A stretch of DNA of 64,000 bases from Candidatus Minusculum obligatum (GTDB lineage Bacteria; Patescibacteriota; Minisyncoccia; Phycocordibacterales; Phycocordibacteraceae), in assembly GCA_002331145.1 (NCBI GenBank), contig DCYT01000001.1, positions 90,002-154,001 on the forward strand, in the 5' to 3' direction. The translations under genes and the position numbers were made by a program. This document shows positions 38,939 to 49,233 of the stretch, one piece after another (the stretch's first letter is position 1; every line of letters begins with the position of its first letter). The notes under the pieces were generated by a model, which did no database searches, had not been told where the DNA came from, and worked only from the letters and a program-made list of their open reading frames with translations.

Positions 38939-40150
38939 CTACCTTTTTAAGTTATCCCTCCGTGATCTGTGGAAAGAAATCGAATACCTATGTGCTTCTG
39001 CATTTGCAAGAATAATATCTCCTTCTGGAGTTGAAACTCCTGGCAGTCCAATAATCTTTTTGGGTCTGTGATATTCATCTTTTGTTACGGCAACCACAGG
39101 AATTTGTAATCCTAATCTATCTAAAACTTTCAGTGCAGCATTTTTCTGCGCCACCCCTCCATCTACTACAATTACCTTCGGATATTCCCACTCAGGATGT
39201 CCAAAACGTCTTTCCAATAGTTCAGTTAGAGAACCCACATCATTATTCCCATGCTCTTTGATAAGAAACTTTCTGTAGTTTTTCTTTTCAACCTCCCCAT
39301 CTACAACAATTGTCATAACTCCAACCGTGTCTTGTCCACTTGTGTGCGCTACATCGTACCCTTCTACGCGTACACCGTGCACTCGTCGCAGGTCATTTTT
39401 AATAAGTGACACATCTTGAATATGAGTTAATGAGAACATTTGTCTCTTGTGCCGCTGTGCATCTTCAAAACGCTCCTCTTTTGCAGCTTTTTTCATCTCC
39501 TTCTCAAGCTCTTTGAGGATTATCTTCTTTTTTCCAGATAAAAAGAGTTCTATGTGGCGAATATTTCGCACATACTCAGTATGCGAAACATCCCGTGGAT
39601 ACCTTCCAATCTGCCTATTAAATTCTAAGTGTGCACCCTGATGCTTACTCTCTCTTGTTACTGCATTTTTTGTATCGTAAAAGGGAAAGATCTTTCGAAT
39701 AATATCGAGTGCTTTTTTAAGCGATGGCCCACTGGTAAATGGCCCATACTTATTTTTTACCAAATCTAATTTAAATGTAGTTCCCAGGTCTTTCCCACGC
39801 ACCGCCAAAACCCTTGGCCACTCTTCTTTTGTTACAACAGCATAGAGATAACTTTTATCGTCCTTTTCTTTTACATTATAAAAAGGTTGATGCTTTTTAA
39901 TTTTTAGAGATTCAAGAATAAGAGCTTCGAGAACTGAATCAGTTTCTTCATACAAAACTTCATCTGCCTTCGTAACCATGTCTACAATACGAGGACCGCG
40001 AGAAGAAATAACGTCATCATTAAAATAACTCCGCACTCTATCGCGAAGAGATGTTGCCTTTCCAATGTAGAGAATCTTTTTCTTTTCTAAAAATGTATAT
40101 ACACCGGGCTTATCAGGCAGATCAAAATTATTTAGATCCTTTCTTTGCAT
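38939..40150 (-). CDS. uvrC: Excinuclease ABC subunit C, short form (GIY-YIG + UVR + RNase-H-like endonuclease domain, no C-terminal HhH)
   Basis: It has the GIY-YIG motif (PGVYTFLEKKKILYIGKATSLRDRVRSYF) and the VEGYDVAHTSGQ region. It is 403 aa and overlaps the uvrA 3' end. Confidence 0.8.
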   Translation of the reverse strand: MQRKDLNNFDLPDKPGVYTFLEKKKILYIGKATSLRDRVRSYFNDDVISSRGPRIVDMVTKADEVLYEETDSVLEALILESLKIKKHQPFYNVKEKDDKSYLYAVVTKEEWPRVLAVRGKDLGTTFKLDLVKNKYGPFTSGPSLKKALDIIRKIFPFYDTKNAVTRESKHQGAHLEFNRQIGRYPRDVSHTEYVRNIRHIELFLSGKKKIILKELEKEMKKAAKEERFEDAQRHKRQMFSLTHIQDVSLIKNDLRRVHGVRVEGYDVAHTSGQDTVGVMTIVVDGEVEKKNYRKFLIKEHGNNDVGSLTELLERRFGHPEWEYPKVIVVDGGVAQKNAALKVLDRLGLQIPVVAVTKDEYHRPKKIIGLPGVSTPEGDIILANAEAHRYSISFHRSRRDNLKR

Positions 40151-42752
40151 GTTTTTTTAGTGTCTTTGCAAGGTATTTCCCTGTAAATGAGCTTGTAACT
40201 TTTGCCACTTCCTCTGGAGTTCCTTTTGCAATAACTACCCCACCATTTTCTCCTCCTTCTGGCCCAAAGTCCACAATATGATCAGCTGACTTAACTACAT
40301 CAAGATTGTGCTCAATAACAAATACTGAATTCCCTCGCTCTACAAGCTCTTGAAGAATAGTAATAAGCTTTGCAACATCGTCATAGTGAAGTCCTACTGT
40401 TGGCTCATCAAGAAGATACACTGTCTTTGTTTGAAGTGGACGGAAGAGCTCTGACGCAATCTTCACGCGCTGTGCTTCTCCACCAGATAATGTGGTTGCT
40501 GATTGTCCAAGTTTTAGATACCCAAGACCTACATCAAGCAATGCCTTAAGACGATCATTGATTGCAGGAATATCTTTATAGAATTCATATCCTTCCTCTA
40601 CGGTCATCTGAAGTACTTCATAGATATTCTTTCCTCTATATGTCACATCAAGCGTTTCTTTCATAAATCGCTTTCCATCACACACATCACACTTCACATA
40701 CACTGTTGGAAGGAAATGCATTTCTACCGCCACTGTTCCATTTCCCTGGCATGCTTCACAACGTCCACCTTTCACATTGAAAGAAAATCGTCCTGGCTTC
40801 CAACCACGAGCTCTTGCCTCACTTGTTGCAGCAAACAGGTCTCGTATGTGCGTGAATGCTCCTGTATATGTTGCAGGGTTAGACCGAGGAGTTCTTCCAA
40901 TTGGTGACTGGTCGATAAGCACTGCACGATTTACATACTCACTTCCCAAGAACTTTGCACAGTTGTGATGCGCTGCCTGCTTTGTTTTCCGATCAAATCG
41001 GCTCACCAAGTTTTTATGAACAACATCATATAAGAATGTAGATTTACCAGATCCTGACACACCGGTAATACAAACAAGCTTTCCAAGAGGAAGATCTACA
41101 TTTTGATTCACCATATTATGCTTGCTTGCCCCCACAATCTTCAAACTTCCCTTTTCTGCAGTTCGCCTTTTCTCTGGCACGGGAATCATTTTCTCTTCTC
41201 GAAGATACGCGAGAGTTCTTGATCCGCTTGTATTTTTCTTTGCAGTTAGCAAATCATCTAGATATCCAGAGACTACAATCTCTCCACCGTGCACTCCAGC
41301 TCCTGGCCCCACATCAATAAGATAGTCTGCAGCGTAGATAGTATCTTCATCGTGCTCTACTACGATAATGGTATTTCCAAGATCCCTTAGCTGCGTAAGC
41401 GTTTGGATCAAACGATCATTATCTCTTTGGTGTAGACCAATCGTTGGCTCATCAAGCACATACAGGGCCCCGACAAGACCTGATCCAAGCTGAGATGCAA
41501 GACGAATACGCTGCGCTTCTCCACCTGATAGCGTATTTGCCTTTCTATCAAGTGTTAGATAATCAAGTCCTACATTAAGAAGGAATGAAAGCCGTGCTCG
41601 TACCTCACGCAAGATTGGCTCTGCAATCTCTTCCTGCTTCTTTGTGAGATTTAAGTTATCAAAGAATTCTGCTGCATCTGTAATCGAAAGATGTGCAGCC
41701 TCTACAATATTTTTTCCAAGATCTTTTCCTTTTCCTCCCAAATAAACCCTTAATGCCTCGGGACGAAGTCGCTTCCCATCACACACTGCACAAACCTCAT
41801 CATCAAAAAGCGCAACTGTTCCAAGACCATTACACTCAGGACACGCTCCATATGGAGAGTTAAATGAAAATAGGCGAGGCTCAACATCTGGGAACCCTGC
41901 TCCATCGACAGGACAAATGAATTTTGCAGAAAGAGTCTCAAACTCTCCATTTGCATGACCAATCTTTACAAGACCTTCAGTCTCACGCAGCGCAAGCTCG
42001 AGCGCTTCAGAGAGTCGCTCCTTTGCACCACTTGGATCATTCTTAAATTCTGTTACATAAATCTCATCAACAAGACCATCGATATCATGTCGCTTTGTTT
42101 TGGTAAGGGTAATCTTGTCTCGAAGTGAATGTATTTTTCCATCAATCATCACGCGCTCAAATCCCTTCCCGAGCAAATCATAAAGTAGCTGATAGTACTC
42201 ACCCTTTCTTCCCACAACTACAGGAGCAAAAATTTGAATCTTTTGCTTGTTTAGTGGCACACCCATAACCTCTTCTGCCTTCTCTTCATCCGGAATAATC
42301 TTCTTTGTAACTAAAGTGATCATTTCATCTTTTGAAAGCTTCTCAATCTTTACGTCATCATCCAAACAATACGGCTGCCCTATACGAGCATAGAGCACTC
42401 GAAGGTAGTCATAGATCTCTGTAATAGTGGCTACCGTAGATCGAGGATTGTTTGACCTGCTCTTTTGATCAATTGAAATGGCAGGTGATAGTCCTGAAAT
42501 CTCATCAACCTCAGGCTTTTGCATTTGATGCAAGAATTGCCGCGCATAAGCAGAAAGAGATTCAACATAACGCCTTTGTCCTTCTGCAAAGATCGTATCA
42601 AAGGCAAGCGAAGACTTTCCAGAACCAGAGAGTCCTGAAATAACAACCATTTTGCCGCGAGGCATTGAAACGGTTACATTCTTAAGATTGTGGGTCTTTG
42701 CGCCCTTAACAACAATCTCATCTGATGGTTCATGTTTTTTATGATTTGCCAT
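40128..42752 (-). CDS. uvrA: Excinuclease ABC subunit A
   Basis: It has two ABC modules and zinc fingers. The N-terminal motif is [35 protein letters not shown]. The start is set at MANHKK. Confidence 0.95.
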   Translation of the reverse strand: MANHKKHEPSDEIVVKGAKTHNLKNVTVSMPRGKMVVISGLSGSGKSSLAFDTIFAEGQRRYVESLSAYARQFLHQMQKPEVDEISGLSPAISIDQKSRSNNPRSTVATITEIYDYLRVLYARIGQPYCLDDDVKIEKLSKDEMITLVTKKIIPDEEKAEEVMGVPLNKQKIQIFAPVVVGRKGEYYQLLYDLLGKGFERVMIDGKIHSLRDKITLTKTKRHDIDGLVDEIYVTEFKNDPSGAKERLSEALELALRETEGLVKIGHANGEFETLSAKFICPVDGAGFPDVEPRLFSFNSPYGACPECNGLGTVALFDDEVCAVCDGKRLRPEALRVYLGGKGKDLGKNIVEAAHLSITDAAEFFDNLNLTKKQEEIAEPILREVRARLSFLLNVGLDYLTLDRKANTLSGGEAQRIRLASQLGSGLVGALYVLDEPTIGLHQRDNDRLIQTLTQLRDLGNTIIVVEHDEDTIYAADYLIDVGPGAGVHGGEIVVSGYLDDLLTAKKNTSGSRTLAYLREEKMIPVPEKRRTAEKGSLKIVGASKHNMVNQNVDLPLGKLVCITGVSGSGKSTFLYDVVHKNLVSRFDRKTKQAAHHNCAKFLGSEYVNRAVLIDQSPIGRTPRSNPATYTGAFTHIRDLFAATSEARARGWKPGRFSFNVKGGRCEACQGNGTVAVEMHFLPTVYVKCDVCDGKRFMKETLDVTYRGKNIYEVLQMTVEEGYEFYKDIPAINDRLKALLDVGLGYLKLGQSATTLSGGEAQRVKIASELFRPLQTKTVYLLDEPTVGLHYDDVAKLITILQELVERGNSVFVIEHNLDVVKSADHIVDFGPEGGENGGVVIAKGTPEEVAKVTSSFTGKYLAKTLKKHAKKGSK

Positions 42753-42802
42753 ACGTATTGTCCCTACGAGCTGCTCATAGGGTTTGTATAGAAGCACTAT
42801 AC

Positions 42803-42828
42803 ACAAAAGGCTCCCTTTCGGGAACCTT
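42803..42828 (-). terminator. Hairpin terminator after the response-regulator gene (ggctccc-tttc-gggaacc)
   Basis: The stem-loop is followed by a T-run on the minus strand. It resembles the hairpin at 46435..46458. Confidence 0.5.
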
Positions 42829-42852
42829 AGTTGTCAACAGTGTAAAGAGAAT

Positions 42853-43239
42853 TTACGCTTCTTGGAAAAACTGATCAATCTTTGAAGTAATCTCCTCGAT
42901 TGCCACCTCAGCCTTTACCATGTAGTCATTTGCTCCAAGCTGCTTTGCCTTCTCTTGATCACTCTCCTGTGAAAGATTAGACACTACAATCACCGGAATA
43001 TCTTTAAGCTCATCTGTTCGAGCTCGAAGCTGCTCAAGCACCTCAAATCCTCCCATCTCAGGAAGCATGAGATCAAGCAAAATAATATCTGGCTTATACT
43101 CCTCTACATACTGAAGTGCCTCCTGCCCTGTTCCTGCATACATTGCTGTATACCTTCCAGAGAAAGTATTTCCAAGAAGGTTCTTCAGGATTGGGTCATC
43201 CTCTACCACCAAAACTGTTCGTTGTGTTTCGTCTGCCAT
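42853..43239 (-). CDS. Stand-alone response regulator receiver (CheY-like)
   Basis: It has the conserved residues D-D...D...K (LVVEDDP...ILLDLMLP...GANDYMVK). Confidence 0.85.
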   Translation of the reverse strand: MADETQRTVLVVEDDPILKNLLGNTFSGRYTAMYAGTGQEALQYVEEYKPDIILLDLMLPEMGGFEVLEQLRARTDELKDIPVIVVSNLSQESDQEKAKQLGANDYMVKAEVAIEEITSKIDQFFQEA

Positions 43240-43268
43240 AATGCGTTTATCCTATCATATATATACCT

Positions 43269-44372
43269 CTATGTTGCAACAGGCACTGAAAAGAAGAACG
43301 TTGTACCAATTCCTGCTTCATTTGCCTTAAAGTCGAGATCTCCTCCATGATCGCGCACCACATTTCGAGCAATATAAAGCCCCAGCCCATTCCCTCCATT
43401 TTGCATCTTTGCAGCTGCCTTGCCTCGATAGAACCGCTCAAAGATATTATTTCGCTCATTATCTGGAATCCCAATTCCAGTATCATGCACATATAGAAAG
43501 ACTCTTCCTCGGGCAGGCTCAAGAGAAATAGTTACCGAACCTTTTGGAGGTGTATAACGAATAGCATTTTCAATAAGATTGATGAGTACCCAGCGCAGTC
43601 GCTCCTTATCTGCTTTTACATCTGGGACATACTCTGGAGGTGTAAATCGAACGGTAACTTGCTGACGAGTAGCATGCTCTTGCAACTGCTCAATGGTTGT
43701 TCCGATAAGTTCAGGAAGTGATGTTGGCTCAAACTTATAGTTGTATCGCCCTGACTCAATGGCAGAAACATCAAGAAGTGTTCGCACAATTTGAATAAGC
43801 TGCTTATTTTTCTCAAGCGCATCTGCTACCACTGCCTTCTTTCCTTCTTCCATTGGCTCTTGCGCCATAGCTTCAAGCGCCCACCTAATACCAGTTAGCG
43901 GAGTACGCAATTGATGAGCTGCAGTTGAAATAAAGTCAGACTTAATTCGAGACATCTCCTCATCTCGAGCTCGAGCCTCCTCTACATGTTTTGCCATGGT
44001 AGTGAAGGTTTCAAAAATGTGATCAATCTCATGGGGCGCACCCTTGGGCTCTGGAATATCATCAGCATGCAGCCCACTTCCAAACTGCTGGATAACAGCA
44101 GAAAGAAGATTCAGCGGCTTTACTACCATCCTCTCAAGAATAATTACGATAATAATCGCAACAATAAGGAACGTAGCAACAGTAATAATTCCTTGGGCTA
44201 TGAGGATGTCTGTAAGCTGTTGTTGGAATTGTGGAGGAAGTGTATTTGTTCCAAGAAATCCTAAGATATTTTCTCGAAGGAGCTCTGACCCGAAATATAC
44301 TGAGACACCTGCAATAGCAAGTGCAAGCACCGCCAAAATTACGGAAAGCATCCGAAGCGAGATGTTCTTCAT
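43269..44372 (-). CDS. Sensor histidine kinase
   Basis: It has two TM segments, the H-box STAAHQLRTPLTGIRWALEAM, and N/G boxes (NLIENAIRYT; GTGIGIPDNERNNIFERFYRG). Confidence 0.85.
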   Translation of the reverse strand: MKNISLRMLSVILAVLALAIAGVSVYFGSELLRENILGFLGTNTLPPQFQQQLTDILIAQGIITVATFLIVAIIIVIILERMVVKPLNLLSAVIQQFGSGLHADDIPEPKGAPHEIDHIFETFTTMAKHVEEARARDEEMSRIKSDFISTAAHQLRTPLTGIRWALEAMAQEPMEEGKKAVVADALEKNKQLIQIVRTLLDVSAIESGRYNYKFEPTSLPELIGTTIEQLQEHATRQQVTVRFTPPEYVPDVKADKERLRWVLINLIENAIRYTPPKGSVTISLEPARGRVFLYVHDTGIGIPDNERNNIFERFYRGKAAAKMQNGGNGLGLYIARNVVRDHGGDLDFKANEAGIGTTFFFSVPVAT

Positions 44373-44393
44373 GCTTTTACTTTAGCATTTGCT

Positions 44394-46400
44394 CTACTTC
44401 TTTTTTGTTTCTGTCCCCGACTCTTCTAGAGTTGCAATCTGATCTCGAATAATCGCAGCCGTTTCAAAATCAAGACGCTCCACCGCAGCTTCCATTTGTT
44501 TCCGCTTCTCTTTTATATATTTCTTTGGGCTCTTCTTATATAGTTCCTCTTCCACCTTTAGAACTTCATCTACTGCTTTTTGATGATCGGTACGCAACTG
44601 CTCTGCAATATCCTTAATTTCCTTTTTAATAGTTTGCGGTGTAATACCATGCTCTTTGTTGTAGGCAAGCTGTTTTTCCCTTCGTCTATTCGTTTCTCCA
44701 ATAGCCTTGTCCAAAGATCCTGTCATATTGTCCGCATACAAAATTACCCGTCCATTTACATTTCGAGCAGCTCGCCCAATTGTCTGGATAAGTGATGTCT
44801 CACTTCGAAGGAACCCTTCCTTATCTGCATCAAGAATTCCTACAAGCTCTACCTCGGGCAAATCGAGCCCCTCTCGAAGCAAGTTAACTCCAACCAAACA
44901 ATCAAACTTTCCTTTTCTAAATTCTGAGAGGATAGTAATTCGATCAATTGTTTTTACATCGGAGTGTAGCCACTCTGCCTTTACACCTTTATCATTTAAA
45001 TACTCAGAGAGATCCTCTGCCATTTTCTTTGTAAGAGTTGTTACGAGTACTCGCCCCCCTCCTTTTACGACCTTCTCGCTCTCTTCAATAAAGTCTTGTA
45101 CCTGACCTATGTACTCTTTTGTCTCATTAACTCCCCTTATAACAATCTCAGGATCCAGGAGCCCTGTAGGGCGAATAACCTGCTCAACAGGATCTCCTGA
45201 ATGCTCAAGCTCATACTTTCCCGGTGTTGCAGATGTGTAGATTGTTTGATTAACCGCTTTTTCAAACTCCTCAAACATAAGAGGTCTATTGTCTTTTGCA
45301 GAAGGAAGTCTAAAGCCAAACTCAACAAGCGTATTCTTTCGAGACTGGTCTCCAGCATACATAGCACCTAGCTGAGGTACCGTAACGTGCGACTCATCGA
45401 TAACAGTAAGAAATCCTTCTGGGAAATATGAAAGTAATGTATACGGTGCTTCCCCCACCTTTCTTCCATCAAAGTGCCTAGAATAGTTTTCAATACCATT
45501 GGTATATCCAATCTCACGAATCAATGCCAAGTCATTTTGTGTTCGGCGCTTCAGTCGCTCACGCTCTAATGGCTTTGCTTCTCGCTCAAACTTTGCAAGC
45601 TGTTCTTCAAGCTCTACTTGAATGTCGTGAATTGCCCGCTCCCTCTCATCCTCAGGCGTTACAAAGTGCTTTGCAGGGAATACAAAATATGAATCGAGGT
45701 CTTTTAGGTTACTTCTTGAAATTGGATCTACCTGCGTAACAGCACTAACTTTCTCTCCTTCAAATTCAATACGATAAATTGTCTTTTCGTTTACCGGCAT
45801 AAGTTCAACACTGTTTCCAACAGCACGAAACTTTCCAGGCTCAAGATCTGCATTTGTGCGCTCAAAGAAAATACCCACAAGCTTTCGCACCAACTCACTG
45901 CGAGAGAGATTCTTTCCTTTCTCAATTGGGAGATGGAATTTTTTATACTCCTCTGGAGATCCAAGACCATAAATAGCAGATACTGACGCAACGATAATTA
46001 CATCATCTCTTGTAAGGAGCGCTTGGGTGCTCGCATGGCGTAGTCGATTAACTTCTGCATTAACCTGCGCCTCCTTCTCAATATATGTATCAGAACCTGG
46101 CATGTATGCTTCAGGCTGATAGTAGTCATAATAGGAAACAAAGTAATGCACAGCATTCTCTGGAAAGAACTCCCTATACTCTTGCGTTAGCTGTGCTGCA
46201 AGCGTTTTGTTGTGAGCTAAGATAATTGTTGGCTTTTGCACCTGCTCAATAACGTTCGCAACAGTGTAGGTTTTTCCAGATCCAGTAACACCCAAAAGCG
46301 TCTGGTGTTTCTTCCCAGACTTAATTCCCTTCACAAGAGATTTGATGGCCTCTGGCTGATCTCCTGCAGGTTCATATGGAGCATGAAGCTTAAATTTCAT
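44394..46400 (-). CDS. uvrB: Excinuclease ABC subunit B
   Basis: It has the motif GVTGSGKTYTVANVI and the C-terminal UVR domain. It is 668 aa. Confidence 0.95.
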   Translation of the reverse strand: MKFKLHAPYEPAGDQPEAIKSLVKGIKSGKKHQTLLGVTGSGKTYTVANVIEQVQKPTIILAHNKTLAAQLTQEYREFFPENAVHYFVSYYDYYQPEAYMPGSDTYIEKEAQVNAEVNRLRHASTQALLTRDDVIIVASVSAIYGLGSPEEYKKFHLPIEKGKNLSRSELVRKLVGIFFERTNADLEPGKFRAVGNSVELMPVNEKTIYRIEFEGEKVSAVTQVDPISRSNLKDLDSYFVFPAKHFVTPEDERERAIHDIQVELEEQLAKFEREAKPLERERLKRRTQNDLALIREIGYTNGIENYSRHFDGRKVGEAPYTLLSYFPEGFLTVIDESHVTVPQLGAMYAGDQSRKNTLVEFGFRLPSAKDNRPLMFEEFEKAVNQTIYTSATPGKYELEHSGDPVEQVIRPTGLLDPEIVIRGVNETKEYIGQVQDFIEESEKVVKGGGRVLVTTLTKKMAEDLSEYLNDKGVKAEWLHSDVKTIDRITILSEFRKGKFDCLVGVNLLREGLDLPEVELVGILDADKEGFLRSETSLIQTIGRAARNVNGRVILYADNMTGSLDKAIGETNRRREKQLAYNKEHGITPQTIKKEIKDIAEQLRTDHQKAVDEVLKVEEELYKKSPKKYIKEKRKQMEAAVERLDFETAAIIRDQIATLEESGTETKKK

Positions 46401-46423
46401 ATCACTACCTTACCTTTATATAC

Positions 46424-46459
46424 TAAAAAGAAAAGGCGGCTCCCATATGGGAACCGCCC
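46424..46459 (-). terminator. Rho-independent terminator of the GC-rich secreted-protein gene
   Basis: The stem ggcggctccc-atat-gggaaccgcc is followed by a T-run on the minus strand. Confidence 0.65.
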
Positions 46460-46480
46460 TTGTTTTGACTGCCGGCCGCG

Positions 46481-46990
46481 TTAGGCGGCTTCGGTCTGCC
46501 GAGGCTCGGTCTGAGCCGGACTGGTCGTCGTCTGAACCGTGAAGCCGCGGCGCTCGATGATATCGTCCACGACTTTCGAAACAGCGTTCTTGGCCGCCGA
46601 ACGATCGCCCAGGATGGTGCCGGTGAGGAAGTCGTAGACATCCTCATGACCCTTCGCCGCGAGATCTTCGATCACCTCGTTGAAGAGATCGTTGATCGCC
46701 GTAGAGTGATTGATCGCGAGCATCACCATCGACTGGGAGAATTCCGCGTCGGTCGTGAAGCGGGCCGTCAGCTCTTCCATCGAGACCGTGCCCTGACCCA
46801 GGGTCGCCCAGACGTCTTCAGCGAATTCCGGTTCGGAAGCTTCGATCGTCGGCGCGGTCGAAAGCGAAAGAACCGTAGCGAGCTTCAGAACGACTTCCGG
46901 GCCCTGGGCCGTAGCGTTGATCTGAGCGACGGCCGGCGTATTCAGAGCAGCGATGCAGACTGCAGTCAAAGAAAGAACAGTGCGCTTCAT
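46481..46990 (-). CDS. Secreted hypothetical protein on a GC-rich insert
   Basis: It has a signal peptide (MKRTVLSLTAVCIAALNTPAVAQ) and high local G+C. I recognise no domain. Confidence 0.5.
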   Translation of the reverse strand: MKRTVLSLTAVCIAALNTPAVAQINATAQGPEVVLKLATVLSLSTAPTIEASEPEFAEDVWATLGQGTVSMEELTARFTTDAEFSQSMVMLAINHSTAINDLFNEVIEDLAAKGHEDVYDFLTGTILGDRSAAKNAVSKVVDDIIERRGFTVQTTTSPAQTEPRQTEAA

Positions 46991-47119
46991 TTGGAATTCC
47001 TTTTCCATTTGAAAACTCGACTTTCGTCGAGTACCTGAACCATTTCAGGAATCAAGAAGATACCAGTATTAAAATATATGTCAAGGGGCAATTACAATAC
47101 TGCAATTGCCCCTAGAAAT

Positions 47120-47290
47120 TAGCTACGACAGACTCGCCCAACGCCCTTCCAGGCACAGTGTCCAGGATGTGAGATTCCGCCAAGCTTCTTATCGTCAGCA
47201 GCAAGCGCTTCCTTCCACTTTTGACGATCTTCCTCAGAGAGAAAATCTCCCTGTGGATGACGCTCGGAATTTTTCGTCTTCTTTCCCATC
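47120..47290 (-). CDS. Possible 56-aa basic protein (MGKKTKNSERHPQGDFLSEEDRQKWKEALAADDKKLGGISHPGHCAWKGVGRVCRS) on the same GC-rich insert
   Basis: The ORF was hand-translated. It is followed on the minus strand by a perfect 10-bp-stem hairpin (47084..47113). The competing plus-strand ORF looks like junk. Confidence 0.3.
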
Positions 47291-47346
47291 ACGCTCTCCC
47301 TTCTTTGTTCAAACCTTCGCCAAAGTACAACTTTTTACACCTTTAG

Positions 47347-48543
47347 TCAAACGTAGTACCGATCGCAAAACTCTTTCCTAAACTCTTCAAACCTTCCCTC
47401 TTTAATAGCTTCTCTCATGTCATCAACTAACTTCAAAATAAAGTAGAGATTATGCTGTGAGACAATCATTCCTCCAAGCATTTCTTTTGCCCTAAAGAGG
47501 TGTGCTAGATACGCACGAGTATATGGAGCAGATGGAGAATCAGGAAGGTCCTTCTCTATTGGATTCATATCCTCCTTGAAAGGTTCTTTTCTTAGATCAA
47601 TAGGTCCATCAAGTGTGTATGCTGTTCCGTTTCGGGCAAGACGTGTTGCTGCAACACAATCAAATGTATCAATACCACGTGCTACTCCCTCAAACATATC
47701 TGCTGGCTCTCCAATGCCAAGCAGGTGCCGAGGCTTATCCTCTGGCAAATGCTTAAGTCCCGCGTCGAGTGCTGGCCCCAAGTCTTCTTTACTAAAACTT
47801 CCGCCAATTCCATATCCATCAAAATTCATATCCCCCAATGTCTTTGAAGATTCTTCTCGAAGATCAGTGTGCCTACCACCTTGCACAATTCCAAAAATTG
47901 CCTGTTTGCTGTCTAGGTTTCTTCGGTGTGCATCAAGAGAACGCTTCGCCCACTTGTGCGTTCTGTTCATTGCTTCTCTTTGATAATCATAGTCCGCATC
48001 AGGAGATGTGCACTCATCAAAAGCAAAAAAGATGTCAGCTCCAAGATTGTGTTGAATCTCAACTGATCGCTCCGGCGTAAATCGATAGAGTGTCCCATCT
48101 ATATGAGATGTGAAGGAAACTCCCTCATCATCAACTATGGCGAGCTTCCCATGCTCATTTAATATTGCTTCATCAAATACTGCAGGAGTTCTACTTTGCA
48201 CCTCCTTTTTCTCTCCCATTTTAGAGACACTCTTATCAAAACCAGCGCCAAGACTAAATACTTGAAATCCTCCAGAGTCCGTAACAATGGGACCTGCCCA
48301 ATTCATAAACTTATGGAGTCCTCCATGCTTTTTAACAAGCTCATCTCCTGGCTGCAAAAAGAGGTGGTAGGTGTTTGCAAGCACTACTTGTGCACCAATA
48401 TCCTTTACCTCATGTGGATGCACTCCTTTAATAGTTGCTTTGGTTCCAACAGGAATAAACGCAGGAGTTTCAATATTTCCGTGCGCTGTTTCTATGATCC
48501 CTGCTCTTGCAGCACCATCTTTGTGTGTTTTTGCAAACTTCAT
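47347..48543 (-). CDS. tgt: Queuine/guanine tRNA-ribosyltransferase family (Tgt)
   Basis: It has the motifs IETPAFIPVGTKATIKG, VTDSGGFQVFSLG and FDCVAATRLARNG. I did not see the C-terminal zinc CxCxxC motif. Confidence 0.85.
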   Translation of the reverse strand: MKFAKTHKDGAARAGIIETAHGNIETPAFIPVGTKATIKGVHPHEVKDIGAQVVLANTYHLFLQPGDELVKKHGGLHKFMNWAGPIVTDSGGFQVFSLGAGFDKSVSKMGEKKEVQSRTPAVFDEAILNEHGKLAIVDDEGVSFTSHIDGTLYRFTPERSVEIQHNLGADIFFAFDECTSPDADYDYQREAMNRTHKWAKRSLDAHRRNLDSKQAIFGIVQGGRHTDLREESSKTLGDMNFDGYGIGGSFSKEDLGPALDAGLKHLPEDKPRHLLGIGEPADMFEGVARGIDTFDCVAATRLARNGTAYTLDGPIDLRKEPFKEDMNPIEKDLPDSPSAPYTRAYLAHLFRAKEMLGGMIVSQHNLYFILKLVDDMREAIKEGRFEEFRKEFCDRYYV

Positions 48544-48575
48544 ACCTGCACACTAGAGTGTTAGAGAAAAAATGC

Positions 48576-48611
48576 AACTACTGAGTTAACTACGTAGTTA
48601 ACTCAGTAGTT
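48576..48611. promoter_or_regulatory. Second perfect 36-bp triple-dyad palindrome (AACTACTGAGTT / AACTACGTAGTT / AACTCAGTAGTT), 33 nt upstream of the tgt start
   Basis: Read directly: the sequence equals its own reverse complement. The central 12-mer is identical to the outer 12-mers of the 4225..4260 element. Confidence 0.6.
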
Positions 48612-48636
48612 AGAAAAAAGCACCCGTACGGGTGCC
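48612..48636 (-). terminator. Rho-independent terminator of the FKBP gene
   Basis: The stem gcacccg-ta-cgggtgc is followed by TTTTTT on the minus strand. Confidence 0.65.
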
Positions 48637-48664
48637 AATCTCTCTATTATGATAAATATTCTGC

Positions 48665-49162
48665 TTACTTTACTTCAAGTAGCTCAACTTCGAAGACAAG
48701 TGTTGCACCCCCTGGAATTGGTCCGTATCCCTGGTCTCCATATCCAAGATCTGAAGGAATAACAAGGACACGCTGTCCTCCCACTTTCATTCCCGCAACT
48801 CCCTGATCCCAACCAGCGATTACCTGACCTGCTCCAAGCGTAAACTCAAATGGTGCACGCCCAACAGAACTATCAAATACAGTTCCATCTTCAAATGCTC
48901 CAGTGTAGTTCACAACAACAGTCTTCCCGGCAACAGCTTCAGCGCCATCTCCGAGAACCGTGTCTTCACTTATAAGTCCTGTTTCTGGATTCACTGAAGC
49001 AGTATTAAACGCCGTGGTTGCATTTGCAAGCTCTTCAGGTGATTCAATAGTTGAGACAAGAGGCTCAGTAAGTCCTCGCCCAAATCCTATGATTGAAAAG
49101 AATGTTACAAATGCGATCACTGCAACCAGCATCGCAATTCCGTGGTTTCTGCTTTTACTCAT
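48665..49162 (-). CDS. FKBP-type peptidyl-prolyl cis-trans isomerase (secreted or anchored)
   Basis: It has an N-terminal TM segment, then the region [17 protein letters not shown]...[36 protein letters not shown]. Confidence 0.85.
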   Translation of the reverse strand: MSKSRNHGIAMLVAVIAFVTFFSIIGFGRGLTEPLVSTIESPEELANATTAFNTASVNPETGLISEDTVLGDGAEAVAGKTVVVNYTGAFEDGTVFDSSVGRAPFEFTLGAGQVIAGWDQGVAGMKVGGQRVLVIPSDLGYGDQGYGPIPGGATLVFEVELLEVK

Positions 49163-49233
49163 ATATAGGCAGTATACGCCAAAACCATTCTCCTGCACTA
49201 GCAAGAGGTGAATTATGCGCTATAGTCTTGTAC

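Noticed and set aside
43247-43522. 91-aa ORF overlapping the histidine kinase 3' end
   Set aside because: It is an alternative frame within the HK ATPase domain.
47106-47381. Plus-strand 91-aa ORF
   Set aside because: Its translation is P/S/R-rich junk and it runs into the tgt 3' end. The minus-strand 56-aa ORF with its terminator hairpin is the more plausible, though still weak, reading.
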